64,000 bases of DNA from Alphaproteobacteria bacterium (GCA_965199265.1 CBDAQV010000001.1:444409-508408), one strand, 5' to 3'. Numbered from the stretch's first letter, positions 18,388 to 29,785 are shown. Notes: generated by a model not told the origin, from the sequence alone. Translations and numbers: made by a program.

Positions 18388-18869
18388 GCGACGGCGACGG
18401 GTTTTATGTCCGCGAGCCCGGTACAAAGCATTACAAGGAACAGGACGGGCTTGCCCTGCCGGACTATCACGCAAGCCCTGCAGTCCTGACCTTGCCCTGG
18501 TGCGAGCGCTCCGTGGTCGATACATGGGACAGCCCCGCCCTTTGCTTTACGGCCATATACGACGTAAGCCGGTCCGGAGTCAGGCTTCGCACCACCAGGG
18601 CGAACTGGTCGGACCTCGGGACCGTGGCCGCCGCTTACCGATACGCGACCACCGGGGACATGCGGGCGCTCGCAGGCTATACGGCAAACTCGCAGGTAGC
18701 CCGGCGTCTTATTGGCATCTTGCCGCCGCACTTTTGGAATCAGGAGATACGCATCGATCGCCGGTCCTCCGTGCGAGAACGGGTGATTTTCATTGCAGAT
18801 GGCAAAGCCGTCGTTTCATTCCGGTTGCGCATGAAGAATGGCAGATGGCTAGTGGCGGGTGCCGCATGA
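18213..18869 (+). CDS. Hypothetical protein, possibly the downstream part of the same frameshifted gene as 17734..18387.
   Basis: Open frame with native GC3 bias. No recognised domain. Confidence 0.3.
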   Translation: MGDSRPSGFAGWTRQFALPGHDVEGQLQRRQQRCPLSSLQFQPGQDEPARLFERDGELSDGDGFYVREPGTKHYKEQDGLALPDYHASPAVLTLPWCERSVVDTWDSPALCFTAIYDVSRSGVRLRTTRANWSDLGTVAAAYRYATTGDMRALAGYTANSQVARRLIGILPPHFWNQEIRIDRRSSVRERVIFIADGKAVVSFRLRMKNGRWLVAGAA

Positions 18870-18961
18870 CTGCTGGCCTTTGCAGCCGCAAACCATGATC
18901 GGTTTCTGGCGCAGGCTGAAGATCAGGTACGTCTTCCTCGATCGCAAACGCCCGGACAAAC

Positions 18962-19324
18962 TTGTACCTGGAAAGAAAGCGGGACCATCGGCGCTGGAAA
19001 CTTATCGCCTACGATCCACGCAGCCTCGCGCCGCTGCTGGTGTGGAGCGATCCGCCGACCCTGCGAGTGGTAAGGCAGGCCGAGGACGACGCGCACGGCC
19101 TTCCTGCCAGACCCGCGCGGCTACGGGGCGTTCGCGTCCTGTACGAGTTCGCTCGCCCGCCCGTGCCGGAATGCCTGAGCACCGGCCCTGAACGAGCGCG
19201 CATTCGCTTTGCCTGGGCCGACGCAGTAAACGCTTGCAAAGCCTCTTTCGGCAACCATGTGGTTCAAGGCACGTCGGTGATCACGGGGCCGAACCTTTCG
19301 GCCCGCCGACACGAATCGTCCTGA
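18962..19324 (+). CDS. Hypothetical ORF; frame assignment is uncertain (frame 1 ORFs 18859..19191 and 19234..19434 are alternatives).
   Basis: Only ORF-level evidence. The Lys-rich C-terminus of frame 1 (...KAKREAARAEDLKQKETAFSDKKYGELPKK) looks protein-like and ends convergently with the next gene. Confidence 0.2.
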   Translation: MYLERKRDHRRWKLIAYDPRSLAPLLVWSDPPTLRVVRQAEDDAHGLPARPARLRGVRVLYEFARPPVPECLSTGPERARIRFAWADAVNACKASFGNHVVQGTSVITGPNLSARRHESS

Positions 19325-19430
19325 AAGCCAAGCGTGAAGCCGCGCGGGCGGAAGACCTGAAGCAGAAGGAAACTGCCTTCAGCGACAAGAAGTATGGCGA
19401 GCTGCCGAAGAAGGATCCGTCACCCAGCCG

Positions 19431-20015
19431 TTAAGGCCTGACGGTCACCAGCTTGTCTATGTCGTTCAGGACGGCACGGGGGTTGGCCGGGTCGAGGCCT
19501 TCCTTATCCAGCCGTTCCAGCCGTTCGAGGATGAATTGCGCTTTCTTCATGTTCGTCCGGTAAGGCCTATGCGGCACTTCCTCCGGTAAGTCGTCCGGAT
19601 CGTTCAAATATTTGGCGTCCCATAGGTTCGCGCGGGCGTAGAGTTCTTCCAAGGAGCGAGGTTCCGGTTCCTCGGCAGGCTGCGCCGGTTTTAACATCGG
19701 CAGCGCTCCCTTGCGGGCCTGTTCCAGCAGCCGATCTATCGCCACGAATGCCAGGTGCGCGGGAGTTGTGTCCTGTTCGGTCGCCAGAGCTGCGAGCGCG
19801 GTCCGGTCGGCTTCGCCAAGCCATACGGCGAAGGGGTGCCCGGCATCGGATGCAGGGGAAACCGGCATAAGGCCGTTTCTTGCCGCCGCCAGGAATTGCC
19901 GCACAGCGAATTGGCCCAGCAGCTTCGCCGTAGTTCCGCGCGTACGTGCCAGGGTCATCAGATCGGCACTTTGGCCGGCGGCAAGCAGCGCGACGAGCTT
20001 CGTTTCAGCGGACAT
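19431..20015 (-). CDS. Hypothetical protein (194 aa) with a possible ribbon-helix-helix-like segment.
   Basis: Good codon bias. The central TPAHLAFVAIDRLLEQ resembles a CopG/RHH helix. The C-terminus is charged. Confidence 0.45.
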   Translation of the reverse strand: MSAETKLVALLAAGQSADLMTLARTRGTTAKLLGQFAVRQFLAAARNGLMPVSPASDAGHPFAVWLGEADRTALAALATEQDTTPAHLAFVAIDRLLEQARKGALPMLKPAQPAEEPEPRSLEELYARANLWDAKYLNDPDDLPEEVPHRPYRTNMKKAQFILERLERLDKEGLDPANPRAVLNDIDKLVTVRP

Positions 20016-20316
20016 GGCACTCCTCGCAATGCCGAAGGAAACACATCATGCGCCCGCTTGTTATCAGTATCAATCAACTCGGTCCAAACCGTCAGGGCGC
20101 AAAAACAATCTCTAGTTCTGGTAATGATCCAGGCGCATAGTCTGCCATTGGTAGATTGCAAAAGGGGGAGTGTCTTCGCCTCCCCCGTTTGATCCCCTAA
20201 GCCCGTCAAACCAGCCCCCCTCGACACCTGCCTTGCATCTTGCTACCACGTCGCCTGGATGAACCTTTGACGTATCCCGACGTTCCTAACCACGATCCTT
20301 TCGGAGTTACAGCCCC

Positions 20317-22410
20317 ATGACCCAGGTGCAGATGCGCGACGATGCCGGCGCGGAGCAGGATACGGCCGGTATCGAGTCTCTGGCCATCAACACGATCCGC
20401 GCCCTGTCGATCGACGCCATCGAGAAGGCGAAGTCGGGTCACTTCGGCACGCCCATGGGCGCGGCCCCCGTGGTCTACGAGCTGTGGCAGAACCATTTGC
20501 GCTACGATCCGGCCGACCCGATCTGGCCCAACCGCGACCGATTCGTCCTGTCCGTCGGTCACGCCTCGATGCTTCTGTACTCGATCCTGAACCTGACGAA
20601 CGTCCAGGAGATCGACGAGAACGGCGCGCTGACCGGAAAGCAGGCCGTGTCGATCGAGGACATCAAGAAGTTCCGCCAAATCGACAGCAAATGCCCGGGG
20701 CATCCCGAATACCACCTGACGACCGGCGTCGAGTCGACCACCGGGCCTCTGGGCCAGGGCGTCGCCAACAGCGTCGGCATGGCCATCGCCGGCAAGTGGC
20801 AGGCCAGTTATTTCAACAAGCCCGGTTTCGAGCTGTTCGACTACGACGTCTACGCACTGGCGGGCGACGGCTGCATGATGGAGGGCGTCAGCCAGGAGGC
20901 GGCGTCGCTGGCCGGCCACCTGCAGCTGTCAAACCTGTGCTGGATCTACGACAGCAATCACGTGACAATCGACGGCGATACCAGCATCTCGTTCAACGAG
21001 AACACGCTCGAGCGCTTCAAGGCGTATGGCTGGCATACGATCGAACTCCCCGACGCCAACGACATCGGCGCCGTACGGGCCGCGCTTGACGAATTCAAGC
21101 GAACGCAAGGCAAGCCGACCTTCATCCTGGTCCACTCGGTCATCGGGTACGGCGCGCCCAAGGCTCAGGGTACGAACGACGCGCATGGCGAGGGGATCGC
21201 GCATGACGATCTGATCGCCGCGAAGAAAGCGTACGGCTGGCCCGAGGACTCGCAATTCCTGGTTCCGGACGAGGTGCTGCAGCACTTCGCCGGCGGCATC
21301 GGCCAGCGCGGCAAGCAGCTGCATGACGCCTGGACGCAGCTGGCGACCAAGTACAACGAGCAGTTCCGCGAGCAGGCGCAGCACCTTATGCAGATGCAGA
21401 AGCGCGAGCTGCCGACAGGCTGGGACAAGGATTTCCCCGTCTACGAAGCGGACGAGAAAGGGGTTGCGACCCGCGATTCTTCCGGCAAGGTGCTGGACAT
21501 CGTCGGCCGCAACGTGCCGTGGATGATGGGCGGCGCCGCCGACCTGGTGAAGTCGACAAAGACCATCCTGAAAGGCCAGGGCACGATGTCGCCGACGGAG
21601 GTTGGTCGCAACATCAATTTCGGCATCCGCGAGCACGCGATGGGCTCGATCGCCAACGGCCTCGCGGTGTCGAACATCCGCGCCTTCGACTCCACGTTCC
21701 TGATCTTCAGCGACTACATGCGCAACCCCATCCGCCTGTCGGCGCTGATGGAAATCCCGGTCATCCACATCTTCACGCACGACTCGATCGGCGTCGGCGA
21801 GGACGGGCCGACCCACCAGCCGGTGGAGCAGATCGGCTCGCTGCGCATGATCCCCGGCATGATCGTGTTGCGCCCGGCCGATGCGAACGAGGTCGTCGAG
21901 GCGTGGCGCGTGACCATGACGCAGAAGCGCCACCCGGTGTGCCTGATCCTGTCGCGCCAGAACCTGCCGACCTTCGACCGCGGCAAGTTCGCCCCCGCCA
22001 GCGGCCTCGCCAAGGGCGCCTATGTGATGAGCGACGCCGAGGGCGGCGAGCCGCAGGTGATCCTTGTCGCGACCGGCAGCGAAGTGCAGCTGATCGTCAA
22101 GGCGCAGGAGGAGCTGAAGGCCAAGGGCATCCGTGCCCGCGTGGTTTCCATGCCGTCATGGGAGCTGTTCGAGAAGCAGGACGAAGCTTACCGCAACTCG
22201 GTGTTGCCGCCGCACATCCGCGCCCGCGTCTCGGTCGAGCAGGCGTCCAACATGGGTTGGGACCGCTGGGTCGGCATGGATGGGGCCAAGATCGGCATGC
22301 ACACGTTCGGCTCGTCCGCGCCGCTGAAGGATCTGCTGGTGAAGTATGGCTTTACCGCCGAGAAGATCGTCGAGGCGGCGGTCGACCAGGTCGCCAAGAA
22401 CGCGAAATAA
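20317..22410 (+). CDS. tkt: Transketolase.
   Basis: TPP-binding N-terminus (GHFGTPMGAAP...GHASMLLYS), a pyrimidine-binding domain and a C-terminal domain. The protein is 697 aa. Confidence 0.95.
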   Translation: MTQVQMRDDAGAEQDTAGIESLAINTIRALSIDAIEKAKSGHFGTPMGAAPVVYELWQNHLRYDPADPIWPNRDRFVLSVGHASMLLYSILNLTNVQEIDENGALTGKQAVSIEDIKKFRQIDSKCPGHPEYHLTTGVESTTGPLGQGVANSVGMAIAGKWQASYFNKPGFELFDYDVYALAGDGCMMEGVSQEAASLAGHLQLSNLCWIYDSNHVTIDGDTSISFNENTLERFKAYGWHTIELPDANDIGAVRAALDEFKRTQGKPTFILVHSVIGYGAPKAQGTNDAHGEGIAHDDLIAAKKAYGWPEDSQFLVPDEVLQHFAGGIGQRGKQLHDAWTQLATKYNEQFREQAQHLMQMQKRELPTGWDKDFPVYEADEKGVATRDSSGKVLDIVGRNVPWMMGGAADLVKSTKTILKGQGTMSPTEVGRNINFGIREHAMGSIANGLAVSNIRAFDSTFLIFSDYMRNPIRLSALMEIPVIHIFTHDSIGVGEDGPTHQPVEQIGSLRMIPGMIVLRPADANEVVEAWRVTMTQKRHPVCLILSRQNLPTFDRGKFAPASGLAKGAYVMSDAEGGEPQVILVATGSEVQLIVKAQEELKAKGIRARVVSMPSWELFEKQDEAYRNSVLPPHIRARVSVEQASNMGWDRWVGMDGAKIGMHTFGSSAPLKDLLVKYGFTAEKIVEAAVDQVAKNAK

Positions 22411-22438
22411 ATACGCCAACTGAAAGGCTGTTGAACTC

Positions 22439-25312
22439 ATGACCACTGCTACTGCCGCGACAGCGCAAGACTTGGGTAACCCGCTAAAGCAACTCGAGCT
22501 GTTCGGCCAGTCGCCCTGGCTTGACAACGTCAACCGCGCCGACCTGTCCAAAGGCGTGATCGAAAAGATGGTCGAGGAAGACGGCCTGAAAGGCGTAACC
22601 TCCAACCCCGCCATCTTCGAAAAGGCAATGGGCGGCTCGGACGTGTACGACGCACAGCTGAAATCGCTGCTCGACGCGCACGGCACATCGGCGGGCGACC
22701 TGTACGAGGAAATGGCCATCCAGGACATTCGCGACGTCGCTGAGAAGCTGAAGGGCGTCTATCACGCAAGCGACAAGGTCGACGGCTACATCAGCCTCGA
22801 AGTCTCGCCCTACCTTGCCAACGACACGGAAGGGACGCTGAACGAGGCACGCCGCCTGTGGAAGACGGTCGCGCGCGAGAACCTCATGGTCAAGGTTCCG
22901 GCAACCCCTGCGGGCATTCCAGCCGTCGAAACGCTGATCGGCGAAGGCATCAACATCAACGTCACGCTGCTGTTCGCGCAAGGGGAGTACCGCAAGGTCG
23001 CCGAAGCCTACATTGCCGGGCTGGAGAAATTGGCGTCGAGCGGCGGGGATGTGTCGAAGGTGGCGAGCGTCGCCAGCTTCTTCGTTTCGCGCATCGACAC
23101 GCTGGTCGATGCGCAGCTGGACGAGAGGGTCAAGAACGGCGGCGACAAGGAGCTGTGCGAGCGCCTGAAGGGCAAGGTCGCAATCGCCAATGCCAAGCTG
23201 GCCTACCAGATGTACAAGCAGATGTTCTCGGGCGCGAAGTGGGAAGCGCTGAAGGCAAAGGGCGCGCATCCGCAGCGCCTGCTCTGGGCCTCGACCTCGA
23301 TGAAGAACAAGGCCTACAGCGATGTACTGTATGTCGAGGAGCTGATCGGCCGCGAGACGGTCGATACCATCCCGCCGGCGACGATGGATGCCTTCCGCGA
23401 CCACGGCAAGCCGAAGGACAGCCTGGAAATGGACGTCGAAGGCGCCACGCGCGTTATGGACGACCTGAAGAAATCGGGTATTTCGATCGAGGACGTCGGC
23501 AAGACCTTGGTCGAGAACGGCGTGCAGCTGTTCGCCGATGCGTTCGACCAGCTGCTCGGCACGGTCGAGAAGAAACGCGTGGCGCTGCTGGGCAACCGGC
23601 TGAACGGCATGAGCTACCAGCTCGACGACAAGCTGGGCGCGGCTGTGAAGGAAAACATCGAAAGCTGGCGCAAGTCGGGCTTGACGCGCAAGGTCTGGAG
23701 CAAGGACGCTTCGGTCTGGACCGGCGCCGACGAGGGCCAGTGGCTGGGCTGGCTCAACATCGTCGACGAACAGATCGACAAGGTCACGACGCTGAAAGAC
23801 CTGGCCGAGCGGGTGAAGGGCGGCGGCTTCACCCATGTCCTGCTACTGGGCATGGGCGGTTCCAGCTTGGGCCCGGAAGTGTTTGCCGAGACTTTCGGCA
23901 AGCAGGACGGTTACCCTCAGTTGCTGGTTCTGGACTCGACCGATCCGCAGCAGATCAAGAGCTTCGAGGACAGGATCGACCTTGCGAAGACGCTGTTCAT
24001 CGTCTCCAGCAAGTCGGGTTCGACGCTCGAGCCGAACATCTTCCAGAAGTATTTCTACGAGCGCGCGAAGTCGGTGCTCGGCGACCGGGTGGGCGAGCAT
24101 TTCATCGCGATCACCGACCCCGATTCGCACATGCAGGAAGTGGCGCAGCAGGACAAGTTCTCCGCCACCTATTTCGGGCTGAAAACCATCGGCGGCCGGT
24201 ATTCGGTACTTTCGAATTTCGGCCTGGTGCCCGCGGCCGCGATGGGCGTCGATGTCGACGCGTTCCTGACCAGCACGGCCGAGATGGTCCGCGCTTGCGA
24301 CGCCAACGTTCCTGCCAACGAGAACCCCGGCCTCATCCTCGGCGCCATCCTTGGCACAGCCGGCAAGCACGGCCGCGACTACGTGACCATCGTCGCCTCT
24401 CCCGAGCTGTACGATTTCGGCGCGTGGGCGGAGCAGCTGATTGCCGAATCCACCGGCAAGATTGGCAAGGGCCTGATCCCCGTCGATCTGGAGCCGCTGG
24501 GCGCGCCCGACGTCTACGGGCCATACCGCACCTTCGTCTACCTGCGCTCGCAAAACTCCGATGCGAAGCAGGATGCGGCGCTGGAGGCCTTGGCTAAGGC
24601 AGGACATCCTGTCGTTCGCATCGACATTGCCGACAAGGCCCAGCTGGGGCAGGAGTTCTTCCGCTGGGAGTTCGCCATTGCGGTCGCGGGCTCGATCCTC
24701 GGCATCGACCCTTTCAACCAGCCGGATGTCGAGGCCAGCAAGGTCGAGACCAAGAAGCTGACCACCGCCTATGAGCAAAGCGGGTCGCTGCCTCCGGAAA
24801 CGCCGATCTTCGAGGAAGGCGGCGTCAGGCTGTTCACCGATCCTGAGAACGCGAAGGCCCTGGAAGCGGCGGTCGGCGGCGACAAGTCGTTGAAGGGTTA
24901 CCTCAAAGCGCATTTCGCCCGCGTCAAGCCGAACGACTACATCGGACTGCTTGCCTACATCGAGCACAACGAGGCGAATACCGAAGCGGTTCAGTCGATG
25001 CGCGTCCAGCTGCGTGACAAGACGAAGGCGGCGACCGTGGTCGGCTTCGGACCACGCTTCCTGCACTCGACGGGGCAGGGGTACAAGGGCGGGCCGAACA
25101 CCGGCATCTTCCTGCAGATCACGGCGGACGACGCGCACGACCTGGCTGTGCCGGGACAGAAATACACGTTCAGCGTCGTCAAGGCGGCGCAGGCGCGCGG
25201 TGATTTCGACGTTCTGGCAGAGCGGCATCGCCGGGCATTGCGGGTGCACATCGGCAGCGACGTCGCGGCGGGTCTGAAAACTTTGGCCGGCGCTGTCGCG
25301 TCCGCCCTTTAA
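22439..25312 (+). CDS. Bifunctional transaldolase / glucose-6-phosphate isomerase.
   Basis: The N-terminal roughly 370 aa are transaldolase ([12 protein letters not shown]..., [10 protein letters not shown]). The C-terminal roughly 580 aa are PGI ([16 protein letters not shown], sugar isomerase domains). The protein is 957 aa. Confidence 0.9.
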   Translation: MTTATAATAQDLGNPLKQLELFGQSPWLDNVNRADLSKGVIEKMVEEDGLKGVTSNPAIFEKAMGGSDVYDAQLKSLLDAHGTSAGDLYEEMAIQDIRDVAEKLKGVYHASDKVDGYISLEVSPYLANDTEGTLNEARRLWKTVARENLMVKVPATPAGIPAVETLIGEGININVTLLFAQGEYRKVAEAYIAGLEKLASSGGDVSKVASVASFFVSRIDTLVDAQLDERVKNGGDKELCERLKGKVAIANAKLAYQMYKQMFSGAKWEALKAKGAHPQRLLWASTSMKNKAYSDVLYVEELIGRETVDTIPPATMDAFRDHGKPKDSLEMDVEGATRVMDDLKKSGISIEDVGKTLVENGVQLFADAFDQLLGTVEKKRVALLGNRLNGMSYQLDDKLGAAVKENIESWRKSGLTRKVWSKDASVWTGADEGQWLGWLNIVDEQIDKVTTLKDLAERVKGGGFTHVLLLGMGGSSLGPEVFAETFGKQDGYPQLLVLDSTDPQQIKSFEDRIDLAKTLFIVSSKSGSTLEPNIFQKYFYERAKSVLGDRVGEHFIAITDPDSHMQEVAQQDKFSATYFGLKTIGGRYSVLSNFGLVPAAAMGVDVDAFLTSTAEMVRACDANVPANENPGLILGAILGTAGKHGRDYVTIVASPELYDFGAWAEQLIAESTGKIGKGLIPVDLEPLGAPDVYGPYRTFVYLRSQNSDAKQDAALEALAKAGHPVVRIDIADKAQLGQEFFRWEFAIAVAGSILGIDPFNQPDVEASKVETKKLTTAYEQSGSLPPETPIFEEGGVRLFTDPENAKALEAAVGGDKSLKGYLKAHFARVKPNDYIGLLAYIEHNEANTEAVQSMRVQLRDKTKAATVVGFGPRFLHSTGQGYKGGPNTGIFLQITADDAHDLAVPGQKYTFSVVKAAQARGDFDVLAERHRRALRVHIGSDVAAGLKTLAGAVASAL

Positions 25313-25325
25313 GGAGCTTTATTCA

Positions 25326-26321
25326 ATGCAACTCGGCATGATCGGCCTCGGCCGCATGGGCGGCAACATCGTCCGCCGCTTGATGAAGCACGGGCATACC
25401 TGCGTCGTGTACGACCGCGACCCGGGCGTGACCGGCAAGCTGGCCGGCGAAGGCGCGACCGCGGCGAGCGACCTTGCCGACATGGTCAGAAAGCTGGATA
25501 AGCCGCGCGCGGTCTGGGTGATGCTGCCCGCTGGCAAGATCACCGAAGACACGGTCAAGCAGCTGGCCGGGCTGCTGGAAGAAGGAGACACGATCATCGA
25601 CGGCGGCAACAGCAAGTACACCGACGACATCCGCCGCCAGGAGGAACTGCGCGAGAAAGACCTTCACTACGTCGACGTCGGCACGTCCGGCGGCGTGTGG
25701 GGCGTGGACCGCGGCTACTGCATGATGATCGGCGGCGACAAGGAAACGGTCGACCATCTCGATCCCATCTTCAAGACGCTCGCGCCCGGCAAGGGCGACA
25801 TCGAGGTCACGAAGCAGCGCGAAGGCAAGGGCTTCGACAGCCGTCCCGAGCAGGGCTACATGCATTGCGGGCCGACCGGCTCCGGGCACTTCGTGAAGAT
25901 GGTGCATAACGGCATCGAGTACGGCCTGATGCAGGCCTACGCCGAAGGGTTCGACATCTTCAAGCACGCGACTTCGGAAGGCCGCGCCGAAAACGCGCGC
26001 TTCGACCTCAACCTGGCGGACATCGCCGAAGTCTGGCGCCGGGGCAGCGTGGTCAGCTCCTGGCTGCTCGACCTGACGTCCATGTCGCTGGCCGAGGACA
26101 AGGAACTCAGCCAATTCTCCGGCTGGGTCGAGGACTCAGGCGAAGGTCGCTGGACGATCGAGGCCGCGATTGAGGAAGCGGTGCCGGCCGATGTGCTGAC
26201 GGCCGCGCTGTTCGTGCGCTTCCGTTCGCGCCAGGAGCATACGTTTGCTGAGAAGGTGCTGTCGGCGATGCGCAACAAGTTCGGCGGCCATGTCGAGCAC
26301 TCGGGACAGCCAAACCAGTAA
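25326..26321 (+). CDS. gnd: 6-phosphogluconate dehydrogenase (decarboxylating), short NAD-type form.
   Basis: [19 protein letters not shown]ossmann N-terminus and a 6PGD C-domain. The protein is 331 aa. Confidence 0.9.
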   Translation: MQLGMIGLGRMGGNIVRRLMKHGHTCVVYDRDPGVTGKLAGEGATAASDLADMVRKLDKPRAVWVMLPAGKITEDTVKQLAGLLEEGDTIIDGGNSKYTDDIRRQEELREKDLHYVDVGTSGGVWGVDRGYCMMIGGDKETVDHLDPIFKTLAPGKGDIEVTKQREGKGFDSRPEQGYMHCGPTGSGHFVKMVHNGIEYGLMQAYAEGFDIFKHATSEGRAENARFDLNLADIAEVWRRGSVVSSWLLDLTSMSLAEDKELSQFSGWVEDSGEGRWTIEAAIEEAVPADVLTAALFVRFRSRQEHTFAEKVLSAMRNKFGGHVEHSGQPNQ

Positions 26322-26360
26322 TACAGAATAACCGCGTAATACGGCCAGCCAAGGGAAAAT

Positions 26361-27923
26361 ATGAGCATCCAATCGATGTCGCCGGGCAAGATAGAAGGTC
26401 AGGTGGCGAAAGCGCCCGGTCCGTGCATGATGGTCATCTTCGGGGCAACCGGAGATTTGACGAAACGCCTGCTTGTCCCCGCGATCTACAACCTCCTGAA
26501 CGCGAATTTGCTGCCGGAGCACTTTTCCCTTCTCGGCGTGTCTCGCAGCGGTGAAAGCGATGAGGCGTTCCGCGACGAACTCAACGAGTTCATCCAGGAA
26601 AACGCCAAGAAGAAAAATCAGGAAATGGGAGCCGACACTCCAGGCGGAAAGGCGTGGGACGGCCTGTTGCAAAGGACGCATTATTTCGTCGGCGATTTCG
26701 ACGATGCGGAAACCTACGCCGGGCTGAAAGCGAAGATAGAAGAGTTGGAGAAGACGTACCAGACAGGTGGTAACGTCTTGTTCTACCTGGCCACCGCGCC
26801 GAGCTTCTTCGCCAAGATCATCAAGCGTCTGGGGGAGGCCGGCCTCTCGCGGGAAGACAAGGGCTGGCGCCGCGTCATCATCGAAAAACCGTTCGGCAAC
26901 GACCTGAAATCGGCGCGCGAACTCAACCGCGAAATCCTGGAAGTGCTGCAGGAAAGCCAGGTTTTCCGCATGGACCATTTCCTGGGCAAGGAAACAGTCC
27001 AGAACATCATGGCGATGCGCTTCGCCAACGGCTTTTTCGAGCCCCTGTGGAACCGCAACCACATCGATCACGTCCAGATCTCGGTGACCGAGACCGTAAC
27101 GGTGGAAAAGCGCGGCAAGTTCTATGAGGCGATCGGCGCGATGCGCGACATGGTGCCGAACCACCTGTTCCAGCTGCTGACGCTGGCGGCCATGGAGGTA
27201 CCGCAATCCTTCGACGCCGACGCGGTGCGGAACGAGAAGGTCAAGTTGCTGCATTCGGTCCAGCCGTTCACGGAGCAGACGGCGCGTGAGTGGGCGATCC
27301 GCGGCCAGTACGGCGCGGGCAACATCGCCGCGCGTGCCGTCAAGGACTACCGTCACGAGGACGACGTGGATCCGAACTCCAACCGTGAAACCTATGTCGG
27401 CATGAAGCTGATGATCGACAACTGGCGCTGGGCCGGGGTGCCGTTCTACCTGCGTACCGGCAAGGCGCTGGCCAAGCGCGAATCGGAAATCGCCATTCGC
27501 TTCAAGCAGGCGCCGTTCACGATGTTCCCGGAAATTCCGGTCGCGAACCTCTCGCCCAACTACATGGTTCTGCACATCCAGCCCGATGAAGGCATATCGA
27601 TGACCTTCAACGCCAAGGTGCCCGGGCCGACCGTGCGGATGGAAGGCGTGACCATGCGTTTCAACTACAAGGATTATTTCGAGGAAGTCCCGCGCACCGG
27701 TTACGAGACGCTGCTCTACGATTGCATGATGGGCGAAGCCACTTTGTTCCAGCGCGCCGACAACGTCGAGGCGGGCTGGGAGGTCGTGCAGCCGATCCTC
27801 GACCTGTGGGAAAACGAGAAAGCAGTCGACTTCCCCAACTACACAGCAGGCAGCTGGGGGCCGAAGGCAGCGGACGAACTGCTCGAAAAGGACGGCAATT
27901 GCTGGCGCACAACCAATGACTAA
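26361..27923 (+). CDS. zwf: Glucose-6-phosphate 1-dehydrogenase.
   Basis: IFGATGDLTKRLLVPAIYNL, DHFLGKE and RIDHYLGK-type motifs. The protein is 520 aa. Confidence 0.95.
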   Translation: MSIQSMSPGKIEGQVAKAPGPCMMVIFGATGDLTKRLLVPAIYNLLNANLLPEHFSLLGVSRSGESDEAFRDELNEFIQENAKKKNQEMGADTPGGKAWDGLLQRTHYFVGDFDDAETYAGLKAKIEELEKTYQTGGNVLFYLATAPSFFAKIIKRLGEAGLSREDKGWRRVIIEKPFGNDLKSARELNREILEVLQESQVFRMDHFLGKETVQNIMAMRFANGFFEPLWNRNHIDHVQISVTETVTVEKRGKFYEAIGAMRDMVPNHLFQLLTLAAMEVPQSFDADAVRNEKVKLLHSVQPFTEQTAREWAIRGQYGAGNIAARAVKDYRHEDDVDPNSNRETYVGMKLMIDNWRWAGVPFYLRTGKALAKRESEIAIRFKQAPFTMFPEIPVANLSPNYMVLHIQPDEGISMTFNAKVPGPTVRMEGVTMRFNYKDYFEEVPRTGYETLLYDCMMGEATLFQRADNVEAGWEVVQPILDLWENEKAVDFPNYTAGSWGPKAADELLEKDGNCWRTTND

Positions 27924-28734
27924 ACCCGCCAGGCAGCCGATCAAGCTGTTGCTTGCCGATGTCGACGGGACGCTGGTCACGCATGACAAGATGCTTACCG
28001 ACCGCGCCGTGAAAGCCGTACGCGCGCTGAAGGATCATGATATCCGTTTTGCCGTCACCAGCGGTCGGCCGCCAATGGGCATGAAGATGCTGATAGAGCC
28101 GCTGGCGATCGATACCCCTCTCGCCGGGTTCAACGGCGGCTTGTTCGTGAATCCCGACCTGTCGACCATCGAGGAGCATACGGTTCCGCCAGACGTCGCT
28201 AAGCAGGCGGCGGGAATCATTCTGGAGAATGGCGTCGATTGCTGGGTGTACCGGGGGGAGGACTGGTTCGTGCGCGATCCGGGCGCCCCGCACGTCGATC
28301 GCGAGAAGTGGACGGTCAAATTCGAGCCCAAGGTGACCGACAACATTGAATCCCTGCTGGACAAGGCGGTCAAGATCGTCGGCGTTTCCGACGACAAGGA
28401 TCTGATGGCGAGGGTCGAGAAGAAGGTGCAGGACGCGGTTGGCGACGGCGCGAGCGCCGCGCGGTCTCAAGCCTATTACCTCGATATAACGCACAGGGAT
28501 GCGAACAAAGGCACCGTGCTTGCTTCGCTCTCGAGGCGCCTTGGAATTGACGCCGGAGCGATCGCGACCATCGGGGACATGTCGAACGACGTGCTGATGT
28601 TCGACAGGAGCGGCCTCAGCATCGCCATGGGCAACGCGTCGGACGAAGTCAGAGGCAAGGCGGATGAATCGACCGATTCCAACGAGGACGAAGGTTTCGC
28701 CAAGGCCGTCGAGAAATACCTGCTGGACAAATAG
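27916..28734 (+). CDS. Cof-type HAD-IIB sugar-phosphatase family hydrolase.
   Basis: LLADVDGTLV (motif I), a TSGRP (motif II)-like block and GDMSNDVLMF (motif IV). Overlaps the zwf end by 8 nt. Confidence 0.8.
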   Translation: MTKPARQPIKLLLADVDGTLVTHDKMLTDRAVKAVRALKDHDIRFAVTSGRPPMGMKMLIEPLAIDTPLAGFNGGLFVNPDLSTIEEHTVPPDVAKQAAGIILENGVDCWVYRGEDWFVRDPGAPHVDREKWTVKFEPKVTDNIESLLDKAVKIVGVSDDKDLMARVEKKVQDAVGDGASAARSQAYYLDITHRDANKGTVLASLSRRLGIDAGAIATIGDMSNDVLMFDRSGLSIAMGNASDEVRGKADESTDSNEDEGFAKAVEKYLLDK

Positions 28735-28743
28735 GAAGCTGCA

Positions 28744-29667
28744 ATGAGCAATCGTGTTGATGAAATCCTTTCGTGGTACGGGTCGGACAATCCCGGTTCG
28801 CTGACCAACCTTGCCCGCCTGTTGAACCACGGCCGCATCGGCGGCAGCGGCAAGCTGGTGATTTTGCCCGTTGACCAGGGGTTCGAGCACGGCCCGGCCC
28901 GGTCCTTCGCCGTGAACCCGCCGGCCTACGATCCGCGCTACCATTTCCAGTTGGCGATCGACGCCGGCTGCAACGCCTTTGCCGCCCCGCTTGGCTCGCT
29001 GGAAGTCGGCGCGCGCGAGTTCGCAGGACAGTTGCCCCTGATCCTCAAGATGAACAATCACGACGTGCTGCATGACGAGGAAGACCCGACGCAGGCTCAG
29101 ACGGCCAGCGTCGCGGACGCGCTGCGCCTCGGCTGCGTCGCTGTAGGCTTCACTGTGTATCCCGGCTCGGAACGACGCCTCGAGATGTACGAGCGGTTCC
29201 GAGAACTGGCGGAAGAAGCCAAGGCTGTCGGCCTTGGCGTCGTGCTGTGGGCCTATGTCCGCGGCGGGCAACTGAACAAGGACGCGCAGACCGCGATCGA
29301 TGCCATCGCCTACGCCGCGCAGATTTCGGCGCAGCTCGGCGCGCACATCATCAAGGTCAAGCTGCCGACCGATAAATTCGCGCTCGACGCGGCCAAGAAG
29401 GTGTACGAAAGCGAGAAGATTCCTATCTCGACACTAACCGACCGCGTGAAGCATGTCGTGCAGAGCGCGTTCGCGGGCCGTCGAATGGTCATCTTCTCCG
29501 GCGGGGACAAGGTGGACGACGAGACGCTGTTCACCGAAATGCGTGCCAACCGCGACGGCGGCGGCTTCGGCACGATCATCGGCCGCAACTCGTTCCAGCG
29601 TCCGCATGAGGGGTCGGTCAGGATGCTGCAGCGCTGCCAGGACATCCTGGTCGGCAAGGAAGCGTGA
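28744..29667 (+). CDS. Class I fructose-bisphosphate aldolase (DhnA/FbaB-type; DeoC/LacD aldolase superfamily).
   Basis: LVILPVDQGFEHGP and IIKVKLP (Schiff-base Lys region) match archaeal-type class I FBA. Confidence 0.7.
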   Translation: MSNRVDEILSWYGSDNPGSLTNLARLLNHGRIGGSGKLVILPVDQGFEHGPARSFAVNPPAYDPRYHFQLAIDAGCNAFAAPLGSLEVGAREFAGQLPLILKMNNHDVLHDEEDPTQAQTASVADALRLGCVAVGFTVYPGSERRLEMYERFRELAEEAKAVGLGVVLWAYVRGGQLNKDAQTAIDAIAYAAQISAQLGAHIIKVKLPTDKFALDAAKKVYESEKIPISTLTDRVKHVVQSAFAGRRMVIFSGGDKVDDETLFTEMRANRDGGGFGTIIGRNSFQRPHEGSVRMLQRCQDILVGKEA

Positions 29668-29690
29668 ATCCTTCTCTCCTGATTTTCTGC

Positions 29691-29765
29691 CATCCTCCGC
29701 GAAAGCGGGGATTTCCTCGGAACGCCGCTTATCCTGAACGGAATTCCCCGCTCGCGCGGAGGATA
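29691..29765. repeat. Palindromic REP-like element (variant), between the FBA gene and rpe.
   Basis: CATCCTCCGCGAAAGCGGGGATTTCC and its near reverse complement GGAATTCCCCGCTCGCGCGGAGGATA, around a 23-bp spacer. Confidence 0.55.
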
Positions 29766-29785
29766 ACGGTTCAAGGAAAGGACCA

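Noticed and set aside
20160..20195. GGGGGAG-n9-CTCCCCC hairpin followed by GTTTGAT upstream of tkt, as a possible attenuator or terminator.
   Set aside because: No co-directional gene ends upstream of it, and the U-tract is poor. It may simply be a REP-like hairpin, so it is not reported as a feature.
374..29346. Many long ORFs antisense to or overlapping known genes, e.g. 374..970, 509..1087, 1134..1736, 1966..2880, 3791..4513, 14245..16062, 15585..16544, 20929..21933, 22484..23836, 22858..24597, 25323..26114, 26136..27989, 27661..29346.
   Set aside because: They lie opposite or out of frame to genes with unambiguous family signatures. They have Arg/Ala/Gly/Pro-dominated low-complexity translations typical of shadow ORFs in 65% GC DNA, and none has a recognisable motif.
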